Assembly (NCBI GenBank): GCA_016715895.1
Contig: JADJXH010000004.1
Span: 356,712 to 420,711, forward strand
Length of the DNA stretch: 64,000 nucleotides
Direction of reading: 5' to 3'
From: Flavobacteriales bacterium
GTDB lineage: Bacteria > Bacteroidota > Bacteroidia > Flavobacteriales_F > PHOS-HE28
The position numbers were made by a program, and so were the translations under genes. Under the pieces are notes generated by a model. That model searched no databases. It was not told the origin of the DNA and was given only the letters and a program-made list of their open reading frames with translations. Each line of letters begins with the position of its first letter. The first letter of the stretch is position 1. Below are positions 41,388-51,450 of the stretch, one piece after another.

Positions 41388-42485
41388 ATGCGCCTCCATC
41401 TTCTTCTCCCCCTGTTCGTGCTGATCGGTGCACGCGGCGCTGCACAGCAGACCGTGGTGCGCGCCGATGGATCCCAGCTGCACGGCCAGGTGCAGCGGGT
41501 GGCGGCGGACCGGATCGACCTGCTCGTGACGAGCGGCCTGCGGAAGGGCCCCAGCTCGGTGCCGTGCAGCGAGGTGCTGTGCGTGGTGGACGGTGCGCTC
41601 ACGGTGCACACGCGTCCCTGTGGCGAGCCGCTCGCCTCGTTCGCCCAGGGCGGGGCGGCCTGCAATGCGCTGGTGCGCGTGGACCAGCAGGTGTTGAAGG
41701 GCACGATCGTGCGGTGGGACGACGACCGGCTGACGATCCGCACGGCGGCGGGTGACGTGAACGTGCCGCGCAGCGAGCTGGCCGGTGTGCTCTCGCCGGG
41801 GCTGGTGGAGTTCACCGCGCCGGCCGACCGGCTGAAGGGTCTGCTGGCCGATGCGGGGGTGGTGAGCGCGCTCAACGATGCCTCGCGCTGCCCGCCGGTG
41901 GCCGAGCCGCGCACGGTGCGGTACACCGAGAAGTGGATCGCACCGCGCTTCGAGCGCACGGTGAGCGAAAGCGGCAAGGCGGAGCTCGACTTCACCTACT
42001 TCAAGGACGTGGCGCTGGAGAAGACGCGCCGGCTGAGCGGGTACATCGCGCAGATCACGAACAAGGAGCTTTCGGCCATCGTGAAGGACAAGGCGGTGGA
42101 GCAGGCCATCGGCCTGTTCGAGCGGCCGGACAACCTGGTGCACGTGAGCAACGTGGCCTCCGGCGCCTCCAAGGCCCATCCGGTGCACAAGTACCTGAGC
42201 ACGCACCTGCGCTACCTGAAGTACGACGCGGTGACCATCGAATGGGCCGACATCCAGTACGTGAGCGACTTCGAGCTGCAGCCCGATGGCAGCTACACGG
42301 CCGTGGTCTCGCTGCAGCAGCGGTTCCAGGGCATGGTGGACGGCCAGGTGTACTACAGCGACATCACCAACAAGAACATCCAGATCAAGCTGCGCACGTA
42401 CGACAAGGTGGTGGAGGGCCGCACGGAGCGGTTGTGGGACGTGTTCCTGGGCGATATCGGGGTGGTGAGCACCATGGCCGAATGA
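41388..42485 (+). CDS. Hypothetical secreted protein
   Basis: Signal peptide MRLHLLLPLFVLIGARGAAQ. 365 aa, no recognised domain. First gene of a four-gene unit with overlapping stops/starts. Confidence 0.6.
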   Translation: MRLHLLLPLFVLIGARGAAQQTVVRADGSQLHGQVQRVAADRIDLLVTSGLRKGPSSVPCSEVLCVVDGALTVHTRPCGEPLASFAQGGAACNALVRVDQQVLKGTIVRWDDDRLTIRTAAGDVNVPRSELAGVLSPGLVEFTAPADRLKGLLADAGVVSALNDASRCPPVAEPRTVRYTEKWIAPRFERTVSESGKAELDFTYFKDVALEKTRRLSGYIAQITNKELSAIVKDKAVEQAIGLFERPDNLVHVSNVASGASKAHPVHKYLSTHLRYLKYDAVTIEWADIQYVSDFELQPDGSYTAVVSLQQRFQGMVDGQVYYSDITNKNIQIKLRTYDKVVEGRTERLWDVFLGDIGVVSTMAE

Positions 42486-43255
42486 AGCGCCGTCTTGCCC
42501 TGCCCGCCCTGTTGTTGGCGCTCGCACCGGCCGCCGCACAAACGCCCGACCAGCAGTACGAGCTGTGCGTGAAGCAGTTCAACGAGTTCCGCGACCGCTT
42601 CAATGGCCGCTTCGCCGGCACGGTGCCCGACGGGGTGGCCGCGCCCGACCGGCGTACGCTGCTGCACAGCCTGATGGCCGCGACGCTGGACGAAGGGACG
42701 CGTGAGGCCTTCGTGAACGACATGCTGGCGCGCGGGGCGGCCTCGGAACTGCAGCTGGACGGCACCCCGTGGCTGGCCCACGTGGTGTGTCACACCTGGA
42801 GCGGTGGGGACACCTCGGCGGTGGGGTTCTGGCTGGTACGCGAGCAGGTAGGCGCCGCCCGCAAGTGGTCCATCCTCAGCACCGACCTGGCGCGCGTGGC
42901 CCCCGGCACCCAGCTCTACATCGATTCCAAGAGCCACGAGTACGGCTTCATCGACCTGCTCCGCATCGACGATGAAGGTCATCCCGGTGTGTACCCGTAC
43001 ATCGGCCCACCGGGGATCTCGGCGCTCTTCGAGCTGCAGGAGGCCCTGTTGCGGGGCGGCCTGCGCATCCTGGCCATCGAGCGGGTGACCATGCACCTGT
43101 TGCAGGTACCGGGTTGGACGCTGCAGGTGGAGTATCGGCCGCCGCCGCTCCGCGCCAGGGACTTCACACCGTCCGGCTGGAACGTGGTGCGCGCCGACCG
43201 GATGAGCGAGGGCGACAAACTTCAGTACCTCTGGAAGCATGTGCTGGGCCTGTGA
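42482..43255 (+). CDS. Hypothetical secreted protein
   Basis: ATG overlaps the upstream stop (ATGA). Signal peptide MKRRLALPALLLALAPAAAQ. 257 aa, no recognised domain. Confidence 0.6.
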   Translation: MKRRLALPALLLALAPAAAQTPDQQYELCVKQFNEFRDRFNGRFAGTVPDGVAAPDRRTLLHSLMAATLDEGTREAFVNDMLARGAASELQLDGTPWLAHVVCHTWSGGDTSAVGFWLVREQVGAARKWSILSTDLARVAPGTQLYIDSKSHEYGFIDLLRIDDEGHPGVYPYIGPPGISALFELQEALLRGGLRILAIERVTMHLLQVPGWTLQVEYRPPPLRARDFTPSGWNVVRADRMSEGDKLQYLWKHVLGL

Positions 43256-46088
43256 TCGAGCGGCGCACCTGCTGGTGATCGTGGCGCTGATGGCGCATGG
43301 CGGAGCGGCACACGCGGCTCCGGGGGATACGCTCTCCCTGAAGGACAAGGGCCTGATCAATGCGCACGCGGAGAGCCTCTTCAAGCGGTACATCGCGCTG
43401 CTTGACAATGTGGCGGGGATGGATGCCGCGGATGACGAGAGCGCGATGCTCGTGCAGCAGTTGATCGCGAACGCGTGCGAGCCGGGCCGCGACCGCATGT
43501 TCCTGGGCCCGCAGGTGCGCATCGAGGACAACGTGGACCCGGCCAACGACGCCCGCACGGCCGGTCGCGACCGCCCGCTCGCCGAGTACATGAACGACCT
43601 GCTGCTCTACTTCCAGAGCACCGACCCGCTGGGCACCGCGGTGGAGGCCCGGCTGCTGAAGAAGCGCGAACCGGCCATCACCGACCGGGCCTTCACGCAG
43701 GTGCTGTACGAGCTGCGCTTCCTGGGTCGCCACAGTTCCAGCGCCCGGAGCTACGAGCGGCACCTCCGCGTGCTGGAGCTGGTGGCCGAGCGGCGCCCCG
43801 AGGGAGGCTGGGACGTGGCCATTGCGACGGACAACTTCTTCGCGCCCGGATCGGCGTTCGCGGAGGCCCTGATGGAGCAGGACATCGACTCCCTGGCGCG
43901 GGCGGGGCGGGGCGAGCTGGGCGAGCTGAGCCGGGCGCTGGCCGAGTACCGCGGCTCCTTCGACCAGGCGCTGCGCCGGGACGAGGAGGAGCGGGCCCAA
44001 CGCCGCAAGGCCTATGCCGATGCGGTCTCGACCGGGCGGAGCTTTCTGGAGCGGGGCGACCATGAGAGCGCCATGACCCTCTTCGAGCAGGCGCGCACCC
44101 TGGACCCGCTGGCCGTGGAGCCGCTGGTGCTGATCAACGAGGTGAAGCGCGCCATGGAGCGCAAGCGACTGAAGGATGAGGCCGAGGCCGCCGCCGCCAT
44201 CGAGGAGGGTGGCGTCCTCACCACGCTCCGGTGCTACGACCGCGCCATCGCCGCCTTCGAGCGCGCCGACCGTGTGAAGCCCGGCGACGCCTCGGTGAAG
44301 GCCCGCATCGACGGGCTGCGCGCCCTTGCCGCCAAGCAGGCCGAGCGCGAGAAGCTCTATCGCATGGGCGACCTGGACAAGGCCCTTGCCGAGGTGCAGG
44401 CCGCGCGCAACGGCGTGGGCCGGAGCGACGACCCCGACCTGACCCTGCTGCACGCCCGGATCCTCATCGCGCGCGACCAGAACGGCCAGGCGCTGCAGCT
44501 CCTGGGCACGCTGCTGGAGCGCATGCCCGACCACGTGCCCGCGCGCGACCTGCGGGCCTCGCTGCTGGAGCGCAGCACCGTGCCCGCCGACCGGCAGACC
44601 GCCGCCAGCGACCTGTACACGCTGCGGCTGAAGGACCGCTGGAACCCGGGCTACGACCATCGGCTGGCAATGCTGCTGTGCCAGGACCAGGGCAAGTGCA
44701 CCGAGGCGATCGCCCTGCTGGAGGAGACGCGGACACGCTGGCCCTTCGACCTGGAGACGCGCTACCAGCAGGGGGTCATCCACCTGATGGCCGCCCGGCC
44801 GCGCGAGGCATTGGACCACCTGGACGAGGCGCTCACGATCGATGAGGACTGCGCGCGCTGCCATGTGGAGAAGGGCCTCGCCCTGTTCGAGCTGGACAGC
44901 ATCGCCGCCGGCGAACGCAGCCTGGAGCGCGGGCGGGCCATCGGGTTGGATGAGGCGCAGCGCTCGGTGTTGCACGAGCGGGCGGCGCATCACCTGGAGA
45001 AGGCGCACGAACTGCAGGCGTTGAACGCCAACGCCGAGGCGGACCGTCATTTCCGGGTGGCCTGCGCCCTGCGCGACGACCAGCCCGACCTGCGGCTGGA
45101 AAAGGCGCGCAACCTGATGCGCATCGACCGCTACGCGGAGGCCATCCACGACCTCGACCAGTACATCGCGAGCTCGGTGACCCCCTTCGTCGGCATCCTC
45201 GAACGGGGCCACTGCCGGCTGGGACTGGGCGAGCACGCCAGGGCCATGGAGGACTTCGATGTGATCCTGCGCAACAACGTGGAGCGCATGAAACACCCGG
45301 CGATGCTGGGCAAGGCCCGGGCGCACTACGCCATGGGCGATGCGGCCAATGCGGAGAGCCTGTTGAAGGCGGTGCTCAAGGAGGAGCGGCGCAACGCCGA
45401 GGTCCTGTCGATGCTGTCGCGCATCGCCCGCACCTCGGGCCGGCTGGCGGAGGCGAAGGAGCTGGGCGAGCAGGCCGTGGACGCGGACAAGGACAACGCG
45501 GAGCTGCACTACGAGCTGGGGCTGGTGTACCAGGCGCTGCGCAGCGACGAGGCCGCGGTGAAGTGCTTCGACCGGTCCATCGAACTGGGCAAGGACAAGG
45601 CGGAGGCCAAGAAGCAGATGGGCCGTGCGGCGATGCTGGCCGGCAACCTGAAGGAGGCGGTGCCGCAGTTCGACGAGAGCCTGCGGATCCGCGACGATGT
45701 GGAGGCCGCCCGCTGGCGTGCCGAGTGCCTGCGCCGCACCGGCGATGCCCGCCAGGCCCTGGAGCAGCTCAACCTGGTGTACGAGAAGAACCCCGCGCTC
45801 AAGAACGACGTCACCATCCTGGCGGACCTGGCGTACCTCTACGTGCTGAACGACATGCTGCCGCTGGCGCGTGACCACATCGACCGGGCCCAGGCCGCCG
45901 ACCCGCTGTACCGCTACACGCAGCTGGTGAAGGCCTGCTACCTGCACCGCACGGGGCAGACGGAGGATGCGGCCACCCTGGTGCGCAGCCTGGTGAACGG
46001 CGGGGAGGTGAAGGAGGAGGACCTGCGCCGGATGGACGTCATGAAGGAGGTGCTGTCCTCGAAGGCCTACCGCAGTGGAAGCCGTTGA
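43239..46088 (+). CDS. Large TPR-repeat protein
   Basis: 949 aa. Many TPR-like helical repeats (…AEAKKQMGRAAMLAGNLKEAVPQFDESLRIRDD…ELHYELGLVYQALRSDEAAVKCFDRSIELG…). Start coordinate uncertain (overlaps upstream gene by 17 nt). Confidence 0.65.
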   Translation: MCWACDRAAHLLVIVALMAHGGAAHAAPGDTLSLKDKGLINAHAESLFKRYIALLDNVAGMDAADDESAMLVQQLIANACEPGRDRMFLGPQVRIEDNVDPANDARTAGRDRPLAEYMNDLLLYFQSTDPLGTAVEARLLKKREPAITDRAFTQVLYELRFLGRHSSSARSYERHLRVLELVAERRPEGGWDVAIATDNFFAPGSAFAEALMEQDIDSLARAGRGELGELSRALAEYRGSFDQALRRDEEERAQRRKAYADAVSTGRSFLERGDHESAMTLFEQARTLDPLAVEPLVLINEVKRAMERKRLKDEAEAAAAIEEGGVLTTLRCYDRAIAAFERADRVKPGDASVKARIDGLRALAAKQAEREKLYRMGDLDKALAEVQAARNGVGRSDDPDLTLLHARILIARDQNGQALQLLGTLLERMPDHVPARDLRASLLERSTVPADRQTAASDLYTLRLKDRWNPGYDHRLAMLLCQDQGKCTEAIALLEETRTRWPFDLETRYQQGVIHLMAARPREALDHLDEALTIDEDCARCHVEKGLALFELDSIAAGERSLERGRAIGLDEAQRSVLHERAAHHLEKAHELQALNANAEADRHFRVACALRDDQPDLRLEKARNLMRIDRYAEAIHDLDQYIASSVTPFVGILERGHCRLGLGEHARAMEDFDVILRNNVERMKHPAMLGKARAHYAMGDAANAESLLKAVLKEERRNAEVLSMLSRIARTSGRLAEAKELGEQAVDADKDNAELHYELGLVYQALRSDEAAVKCFDRSIELGKDKAEAKKQMGRAAMLAGNLKEAVPQFDESLRIRDDVEAARWRAECLRRTGDARQALEQLNLVYEKNPALKNDVTILADLAYLYVLNDMLPLARDHIDRAQAADPLYRYTQLVKACYLHRTGQTEDAATLVRSLVNGGEVKEEDLRRMDVMKEVLSSKAYRSGSR

Positions 46089-46701
46089 GCCCTTCCGCGA
46101 TCCCGCCGAGCTTGAGGCGGCGCGTGCGCAGCTGCGTGCGTTCACGCAGCGCATCGTGGAGGTCGACGACGCCGTGATGGACCGGCTGATGGGCGCGCTG
46201 GTTCCCGCGACCCTGGCGAAGGGCGGGGTGCTGCTGCAGGACGGGGAGGTCTGTGAGCACGTGTGGTTCATCGGGCGGGGGCTGGTGCGCGCCTACTTCC
46301 TGAAGGACGGTGAGGAGATCACCCAGCAGTTCTTCTTCGAAGGCAGCTACACCACCGACTACGAGAGCTTCCTGACCCGGCGGCCCACGCAGCTCCACCT
46401 GGAGGCGCTGGAGCCCACCCTGTTGCTGGCCCTGCACCGGGAGGCGATGCAACGGCTCTACGCCGCCGACCCCGGAGCGGAACGCATGGGCCGGCGCATC
46501 GCCGAGGAGATCTTCCTGTCCGTCTCGCGGCGCAACCGCTCCTTTCTGCTCGACAGCGCCGAACAGCGCTATCTGGACCTGATGCGCGAGCGCCCCAAGG
46601 TGATGCAGCGGGTGCCTCAACGCCATATCGCTTCATACCTGGGCGTGAAGCCCGAGAGCCTCAGCCGGATCCGGGCGCGGGTGGCCCGCGGCGGTCGATG
46701 A
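46075..46701 (+). CDS. Crp/Fnr-family transcriptional regulator (cNMP-binding + HTH)
   Basis: …GGVLLQDGEVCEHVWFIGRGLVRAYFLKDGEEITQQFF… (cNMP-binding beta-roll) and C-terminal HTH …RHIASYLGVKPESLSRIRAR…. Confidence 0.85.
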   Translation: MEAVEPFRDPAELEAARAQLRAFTQRIVEVDDAVMDRLMGALVPATLAKGGVLLQDGEVCEHVWFIGRGLVRAYFLKDGEEITQQFFFEGSYTTDYESFLTRRPTQLHLEALEPTLLLALHREAMQRLYAADPGAERMGRRIAEEIFLSVSRRNRSFLLDSAEQRYLDLMRERPKVMQRVPQRHIASYLGVKPESLSRIRARVARGGR

Positions 46702-46822
46702 TGTCCCGCCGATCGGACGCTCATCCCGCGTTCCGACCGTTCCTCCCACCGCTGTATTCTTAACCCATGTCAACGCGTCGCATGGCCGTCAGCAAGCTCC
46801 TTTGCACCCGAAACGACCTGCC

Positions 46823-49234
46823 ATGCGCCTGCACTTCGCTCCCCTCCTGCTCGTCCCGATCCTCATGACCGCCACGCCCATCGCTGCGCACGCGCAGGGC
46901 ACGCAGACCGTCCGCGGCCGCGTGCTGGACCAGGAGAGCGGCTACCCCGTGTTCATGGCCAACGTGGTGGTGGCCGGCAGCCAGCCCACGCTGGGCACCT
47001 CCACCGACGAGGAGGGCCGCTTCACGCTTGCGACCGTGCCGCTGGGCCGGGCGGTGCTGCAGGTGGCGGCGATGGGGTACCAGCCGCTGAGCACCGCCCC
47101 GCTGCTGGTGGTGGCCGGCAAGGAGCTGGTGCTCGACCTGGAGCTGGCCCCGAGCGTGGAACAGCTCCAGGAGGTCACCATCCGCGCCGCGGAACAGGAC
47201 CGCAACGCGCTCAACAACGAGATGACCACCCTGAGCGCGCGCACCTTCGATGCGGAACTGAGCCAGCGCTTCGCCGGAAGCCGCGGGGACCCCGCGCGGA
47301 TGGCCACCAACTTCGCGGGGGTGAGCGGCGCCAACGACGGCCGCAACGACATCATCATCCGCGGCAACTCGCCCGCAGGCCTGCTCTGGCGCCTGGAGGG
47401 TGTGGACATCCCGAGCCCCAACCACTTCAGCTCCTTCGGCAGCACCGGCGGTCCGGTGAGCATCCTCAACAACAACGTGCTGGCCAAGAGCGACTTCATG
47501 ACCAGCGCCTTCCCGTCGAGCTACGGCAACGCCCTCAGCGGCGCCTTCGACCTGTTCATGCGCAGCGGCAACGACGAGAAGCATGAGTTCCTCGGCCAGC
47601 TCGGCTTTAACGGCTTCGAGCTGGGCGCCGAGGGTCCCATCAACCGGCGGTCGCGCGCGAGCTACCTGGTGAACTACCGCTATTCCACCCTGCAGGCGTT
47701 CCAGGCCATCGGCCTCGACTTCGGCACGGGCAGCGCGGTGCCCAAGTACCAGGATGTGAGCTTCAAGCTCGACCTGCCCACGGCCAAGGCCGGCCGCTTC
47801 ACGCTGTTCGGCCTGGGCGGCAAGAGCGGGGTGGACCTGCTGGGCCGCGAGACCGACCTGAGCGCCGCCAACGAGAGCGAGCTGTACGGCTCTGCGGAAC
47901 GCGACATCTACAACCGCTCGCGCACGGGCGTCGTCGGCGCCTCGCACACCTACTTCTTCGACCCGAACACCAGCTACCGCCTGGTGGTGGCCGCCACACA
48001 TCAGCTGGAGGAGAACATCGCCGATTCGCTCACCTGGGGCGATGCGGCCAACGGCTATCCCCTGCTGGACACCGATCCGGTGTACACGCAGCGCGGCGAG
48101 CAGAACAGCTACCAGGTGCATTTCGTGCTGCGCCGGCGCTTCGGTGCGCGGGACAATGTGCATGTGGGGGTGATGGCGAACCATGCCGTGGCCGGGTTCG
48201 AAGAGCGCTACTTCGCCCTGTCACCGCTGGGCGACCGCTGGGTGCAGTTGAAGCAGGGCGATGGGGCCAGCACGCTCTACCAGGCCTACGCCACCTGGAA
48301 GCACAGCTTCACCGACCGGTTGTCCACCACCCTCGGTCTGCATGGCCAGCTCTTTGACCTGAACAGCAGCACGGCGGTGGAGCCGCGCTTCGGCCTCACC
48401 TACCGGGTGAGCGACCAGGGCACCTTCGGCCTGGGCTACGGCCTGCATGGACAGACCCAACCCCTGCCGGTGTACTACACCACCGAGCGCGACGGCAGCG
48501 ACGGCGGGAACATGGGCCTCGACCTGACGCGCAGCCATCATGCCGTGGTGAGCTATGAGCAGCGCTTCGGGAGCACGATGCGCCTGCGCACCGAGGCCTA
48601 CTACCAGTACCTGTTCGGCGCGCCGGTGGAGTCCGTGCCCAGCACCTTCAGCATGTTGAACGCCGGTGCCGACTTCGGCACTCCTGACGCCACGCAGCTG
48701 GTGAACAAGGGCCTGGGCCGCAACTATGGCCTGGAGATCACGGCCGAACGCACGTATGACCAGGGCTTCTATGCGCTGGTGACCGCCTCGCTCTTCTGCA
48801 GCGAGGTCATGGGCAGCGACGGCGTATGGCGCTCGTCGGCCTTCGACGGCAACTACGTGTTCAACGCGCTGGCGGGCAAGGAATGGAAGCTGGGCAAGGG
48901 CAACAGCCACCTCGTGGTGGACCTGAAGGCGACCTATGCCGGTGGGCGGCGCTACACGCCGATCGATCTGGACGCGTCGATCGCGGAAGGGGAGCAGGTG
49001 CTGATCGAGGAGCGCACGAACAGCGAGCGTTACCTCGACTACTTCCGCACCGACCTGAAGCTGATGTACCGCCGTTCGGGCCGGAAAGCCACGCACGAGG
49101 CGGGCATCGACCTGCAGAACGTCACCGGCCGGCGCAACATCTACACGCAGTACTACGACGACCGCACCGGCAAGCTCGCCACCGAGTACCAGCTGGGCTT
49201 CTTCCCGATCCCGATGTACCGGGTGTTGTTCTGA
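46823..49234 (+). CDS. TonB-dependent outer-membrane receptor (carboxypeptidase-regulatory-like N-domain + plug + barrel)
   Basis: Signal peptide MRLHFAPLLLVPILMTATPIAAHAQ. CarbopepD_reg-like VRGRVLDQESGYPVFMANVVV. TonB-box/plug region …DIIIRGNSPAGLLWRLEGVDIP… C-terminal …YQLGFFPIPMYRVLF (terminal Phe). Confidence 0.9.
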   Translation: MRLHFAPLLLVPILMTATPIAAHAQGTQTVRGRVLDQESGYPVFMANVVVAGSQPTLGTSTDEEGRFTLATVPLGRAVLQVAAMGYQPLSTAPLLVVAGKELVLDLELAPSVEQLQEVTIRAAEQDRNALNNEMTTLSARTFDAELSQRFAGSRGDPARMATNFAGVSGANDGRNDIIIRGNSPAGLLWRLEGVDIPSPNHFSSFGSTGGPVSILNNNVLAKSDFMTSAFPSSYGNALSGAFDLFMRSGNDEKHEFLGQLGFNGFELGAEGPINRRSRASYLVNYRYSTLQAFQAIGLDFGTGSAVPKYQDVSFKLDLPTAKAGRFTLFGLGGKSGVDLLGRETDLSAANESELYGSAERDIYNRSRTGVVGASHTYFFDPNTSYRLVVAATHQLEENIADSLTWGDAANGYPLLDTDPVYTQRGEQNSYQVHFVLRRRFGARDNVHVGVMANHAVAGFEERYFALSPLGDRWVQLKQGDGASTLYQAYATWKHSFTDRLSTTLGLHGQLFDLNSSTAVEPRFGLTYRVSDQGTFGLGYGLHGQTQPLPVYYTTERDGSDGGNMGLDLTRSHHAVVSYEQRFGSTMRLRTEAYYQYLFGAPVESVPSTFSMLNAGADFGTPDATQLVNKGLGRNYGLEITAERTYDQGFYALVTASLFCSEVMGSDGVWRSSAFDGNYVFNALAGKEWKLGKGNSHLVVDLKATYAGGRRYTPIDLDASIAEGEQVLIEERTNSERYLDYFRTDLKLMYRRSGRKATHEAGIDLQNVTGRRNIYTQYYDDRTGKLATEYQLGFFPIPMYRVLF

Positions 49235-49253
49235 ACCACCGCACCACAACGCG

Positions 49254-49278
49254 AAAGGGCGCCCGAAGGCGCCCTTTT
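49254..49278. terminator. Bidirectional rho-independent terminator AAAGGGCGCC-cgaa-GGCGCCCTTTT between convergent genes
   Basis: 10-bp perfect stem, 4-nt loop, T-tract, read directly. Confidence 0.65.
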
Positions 49279-49297
49279 CCGCATGCCGCGATCCGGT

Positions 49298-49813
49298 TCA
49301 CCGGGCACTGGTGGCCTCGGCGCGCAGTTCGGTGACGGACAGGTCCTGTTCCACCGGGCGGATCACAGGCACGGTGATGCCGTCGTTCTCCGCGAAGGCG
49401 ATGTGACCGACCGGGCCGGCATAGCAGAGATGCAGGTCATCGGGCTGGCGCTCCAGCTCCAGGTCGAAGGCCACGCGCACCGTGCGGGCGAAGAGGCCCC
49501 GGGCCTCGGGCACGCCGTGGGTGTCGATGGTCACTTCCTTGGTGATGTGGCCGGGGCTTTCGAGGGTGAGCGTCACGCGCTCCTTCACCGGGATGTGGAA
49601 GCTGTAGGCACCGTTGCGGCCGAGCACCACGTCCATGGTCTCGTGGCCATCGCTCACGGTCATGCGCACGGGGTGCAGGTCCTGGTCGGGCATGCGCACA
49701 TCGCCGGTGAAGGTGACGAAGGTCTGCGCACCGGCGGCGATGCTGAGGGTGATGCAGGCAGCGATGAGGGTGGCCTGGATCAAGGTGCGGCGGATGTGGG
49801 GCTGGAGGTTCAT
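49298..49813 (-). CDS. Hypothetical secreted protein
   Basis: 171 aa. Signal peptide MNLQPHIRRTLIQATLIAACITLSIAAGAQ at the ATG at 49813. Confidence 0.55.
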   Translation of the reverse strand: MNLQPHIRRTLIQATLIAACITLSIAAGAQTFVTFTGDVRMPDQDLHPVRMTVSDGHETMDVVLGRNGAYSFHIPVKERVTLTLESPGHITKEVTIDTHGVPEARGLFARTVRVAFDLELERQPDDLHLCYAGPVGHIAFAENDGITVPVIRPVEQDLSVTELRAEATSAR

Positions 49814-49992
49814 GGCGTTCAGGTGTTGGGGTTTTCCGTGTCGTTGGTGGGTCAAAGCAAGCCCCGGAGGAGGGGGTGCGTGAGCCCGGCCGAGCAGGTG
49901 GCGGGGGACAGGGAGCAAGTGGCGGGAGTGAGCAGCGAAGGGCCTCACGCAGAGGCGCAGAGGACGCTGAGGAAGCACGAGCAGGGGCGAGA

Positions 49993-51369
49993 CTGTTCAG
50001 TAAAGTGTGTCAGGCCGGATTGCGAACTTCAACACCTGACCCATGGAGGACAAGACGGACAAGTTCGATTACGAAGCCTTCGAGAAGGAGGCCATGAAGC
50101 AATTGCTACTGGGCAAGCCCTTGAGCGGCAGCGATGGGGTGCTGACCCCGCTGGTGAAGCGACTGATGGAGGCCTCGCTACGGGGCGAGCTGAGCGCTCA
50201 CCTGGCCGAGGAGCCGCCTGGAGGTAACCGGCGCAACGGACATGGGCGCAAGCGGGTGAAGACCGCCCACGGAGAGGTGGAGATCGCCACGCCGCGCGAC
50301 CGTGAGGGAACCTTTGACCCGGTGCTGCTGCCCAAGCGCGAGCGCGTGCTGAACGCCGAGCTGGACATGAAGATCATCAAGCTCTACGGGCTTGGGATGA
50401 GCCAGCGCGACATAAGCGACCATGTGCGGGACCTGTACGGCATCGAGGTGAGCGAGGCCACGATCAGCGCGGTGACCGACCAGGTGATCGCCGACGTGCA
50501 GGCCTGGCGGCAGCGGCCCTTGGAGGCGCGCTACGCGATCGTGTGGCTCGATGCCATCCACTTCAAGGTGAAGCAGGAAGGGCGCGTGGTGAACAAGGCC
50601 GTATACACCGCCTTGGGCGTTGGCCCCGATGGCCACAAGGACCTGCTGGGCCTGTACGTGGGGCAGAGCGAAGGGGCCAAGTTCTGGCTGGGCGTGCTGG
50701 GCGACCTGCGCCAACGCGGCGTGGAGGACATGCTGATCGCATGCATCGACAACCTGAGCGGCTTCTCCGACGCGATCTCCTTGGTGTACCCACAGAGCGA
50801 TATCCAGCTCTGCATCGTGCACCAGGTGCGCAATACCCTGAAGTACGTCAGCTACAAGCACTACAAGGAGGTGGTCAAGGACATGCGGGCCATCTACCGG
50901 GCCCCTGGTGAGCAGCAAGCGCTGCATGCCCTGGAGGTCTTCAGCGACAAATGGGGGAACGCTACCCGCAGGCGGTGAGCTCCTGGCACACCAACTGGCC
51001 GCTGCTGGCCAGCCAGTACCGCTACAGCGAGCGCATCCGGCGGCTCATCTACACCACCAATCCCATCGAGGGCTTCCACGCTCAGCTGCGCAAGTACACC
51101 AAGACCAAGCGCGTCTTCGACAACGACATGGCCCTGCTCAAGCTGCTCTATCTGGCCCAGCAGCGCATCGTGGAGAAAATGGCCGCCAAGCCCATCTTCG
51201 CTTGGAGGGAGATAGCCGCCGAGCTACGCCTGCTCTTCGGCCCACGCTTCGATCCACAGGCGATCAACACCGATCAACAGGTTCTGAGTCTCCCCCGGAC
51301 CCCCTCGTTCAAAACCCAACAACATCAACATCATCAGCAATAACGATGATGACACACTTTATCTAACAG
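49993..51369 (+). mobile_element. IS256-family insertion sequence (about 1.38 kb) with imperfect terminal inverted repeats CTGTTCAGTAAAGTGTGTC / GACACACTTTATCTAACAG
   Basis: Terminal IRs read at 49993-50011 and 51351-51369. Internal transposase (50043..51343) has IS256/mutator-type motifs (…IVWLDAIHFKV…, …YTTNPIEGFHAQLRKYTK…). Transposase split by a 1-nt indel at the G5 run 50954-50958 (…FSDKWGNATRRR* versus …KWGERYPQAVSSW…). Confidence 0.85.
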
Positions 51370-51450
51370 ACCCGGAGTCAAGGATGACGCCCTCCAGCGC
51401 AGGGGCAACCCTATTCGCCGCTCGACGTCCAACCAGGGAGCACATCACCC

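Noticed and set aside
43164-46271. 1035-aa ORF on the minus strand
   Set aside because: Antisense shadow of the TPR protein gene 43239..46088 with low-complexity Ala/Arg/Gly/Leu composition. Same reasoning applies to 11233..13653(-), 39938..41995(-), 39088..41373(+), 20881..22875(+), 13789..14967(-), 55366..56265(+), 56401..57978(+), 58273..59649(+), 59836..60846(+) and 61712..63574(+).
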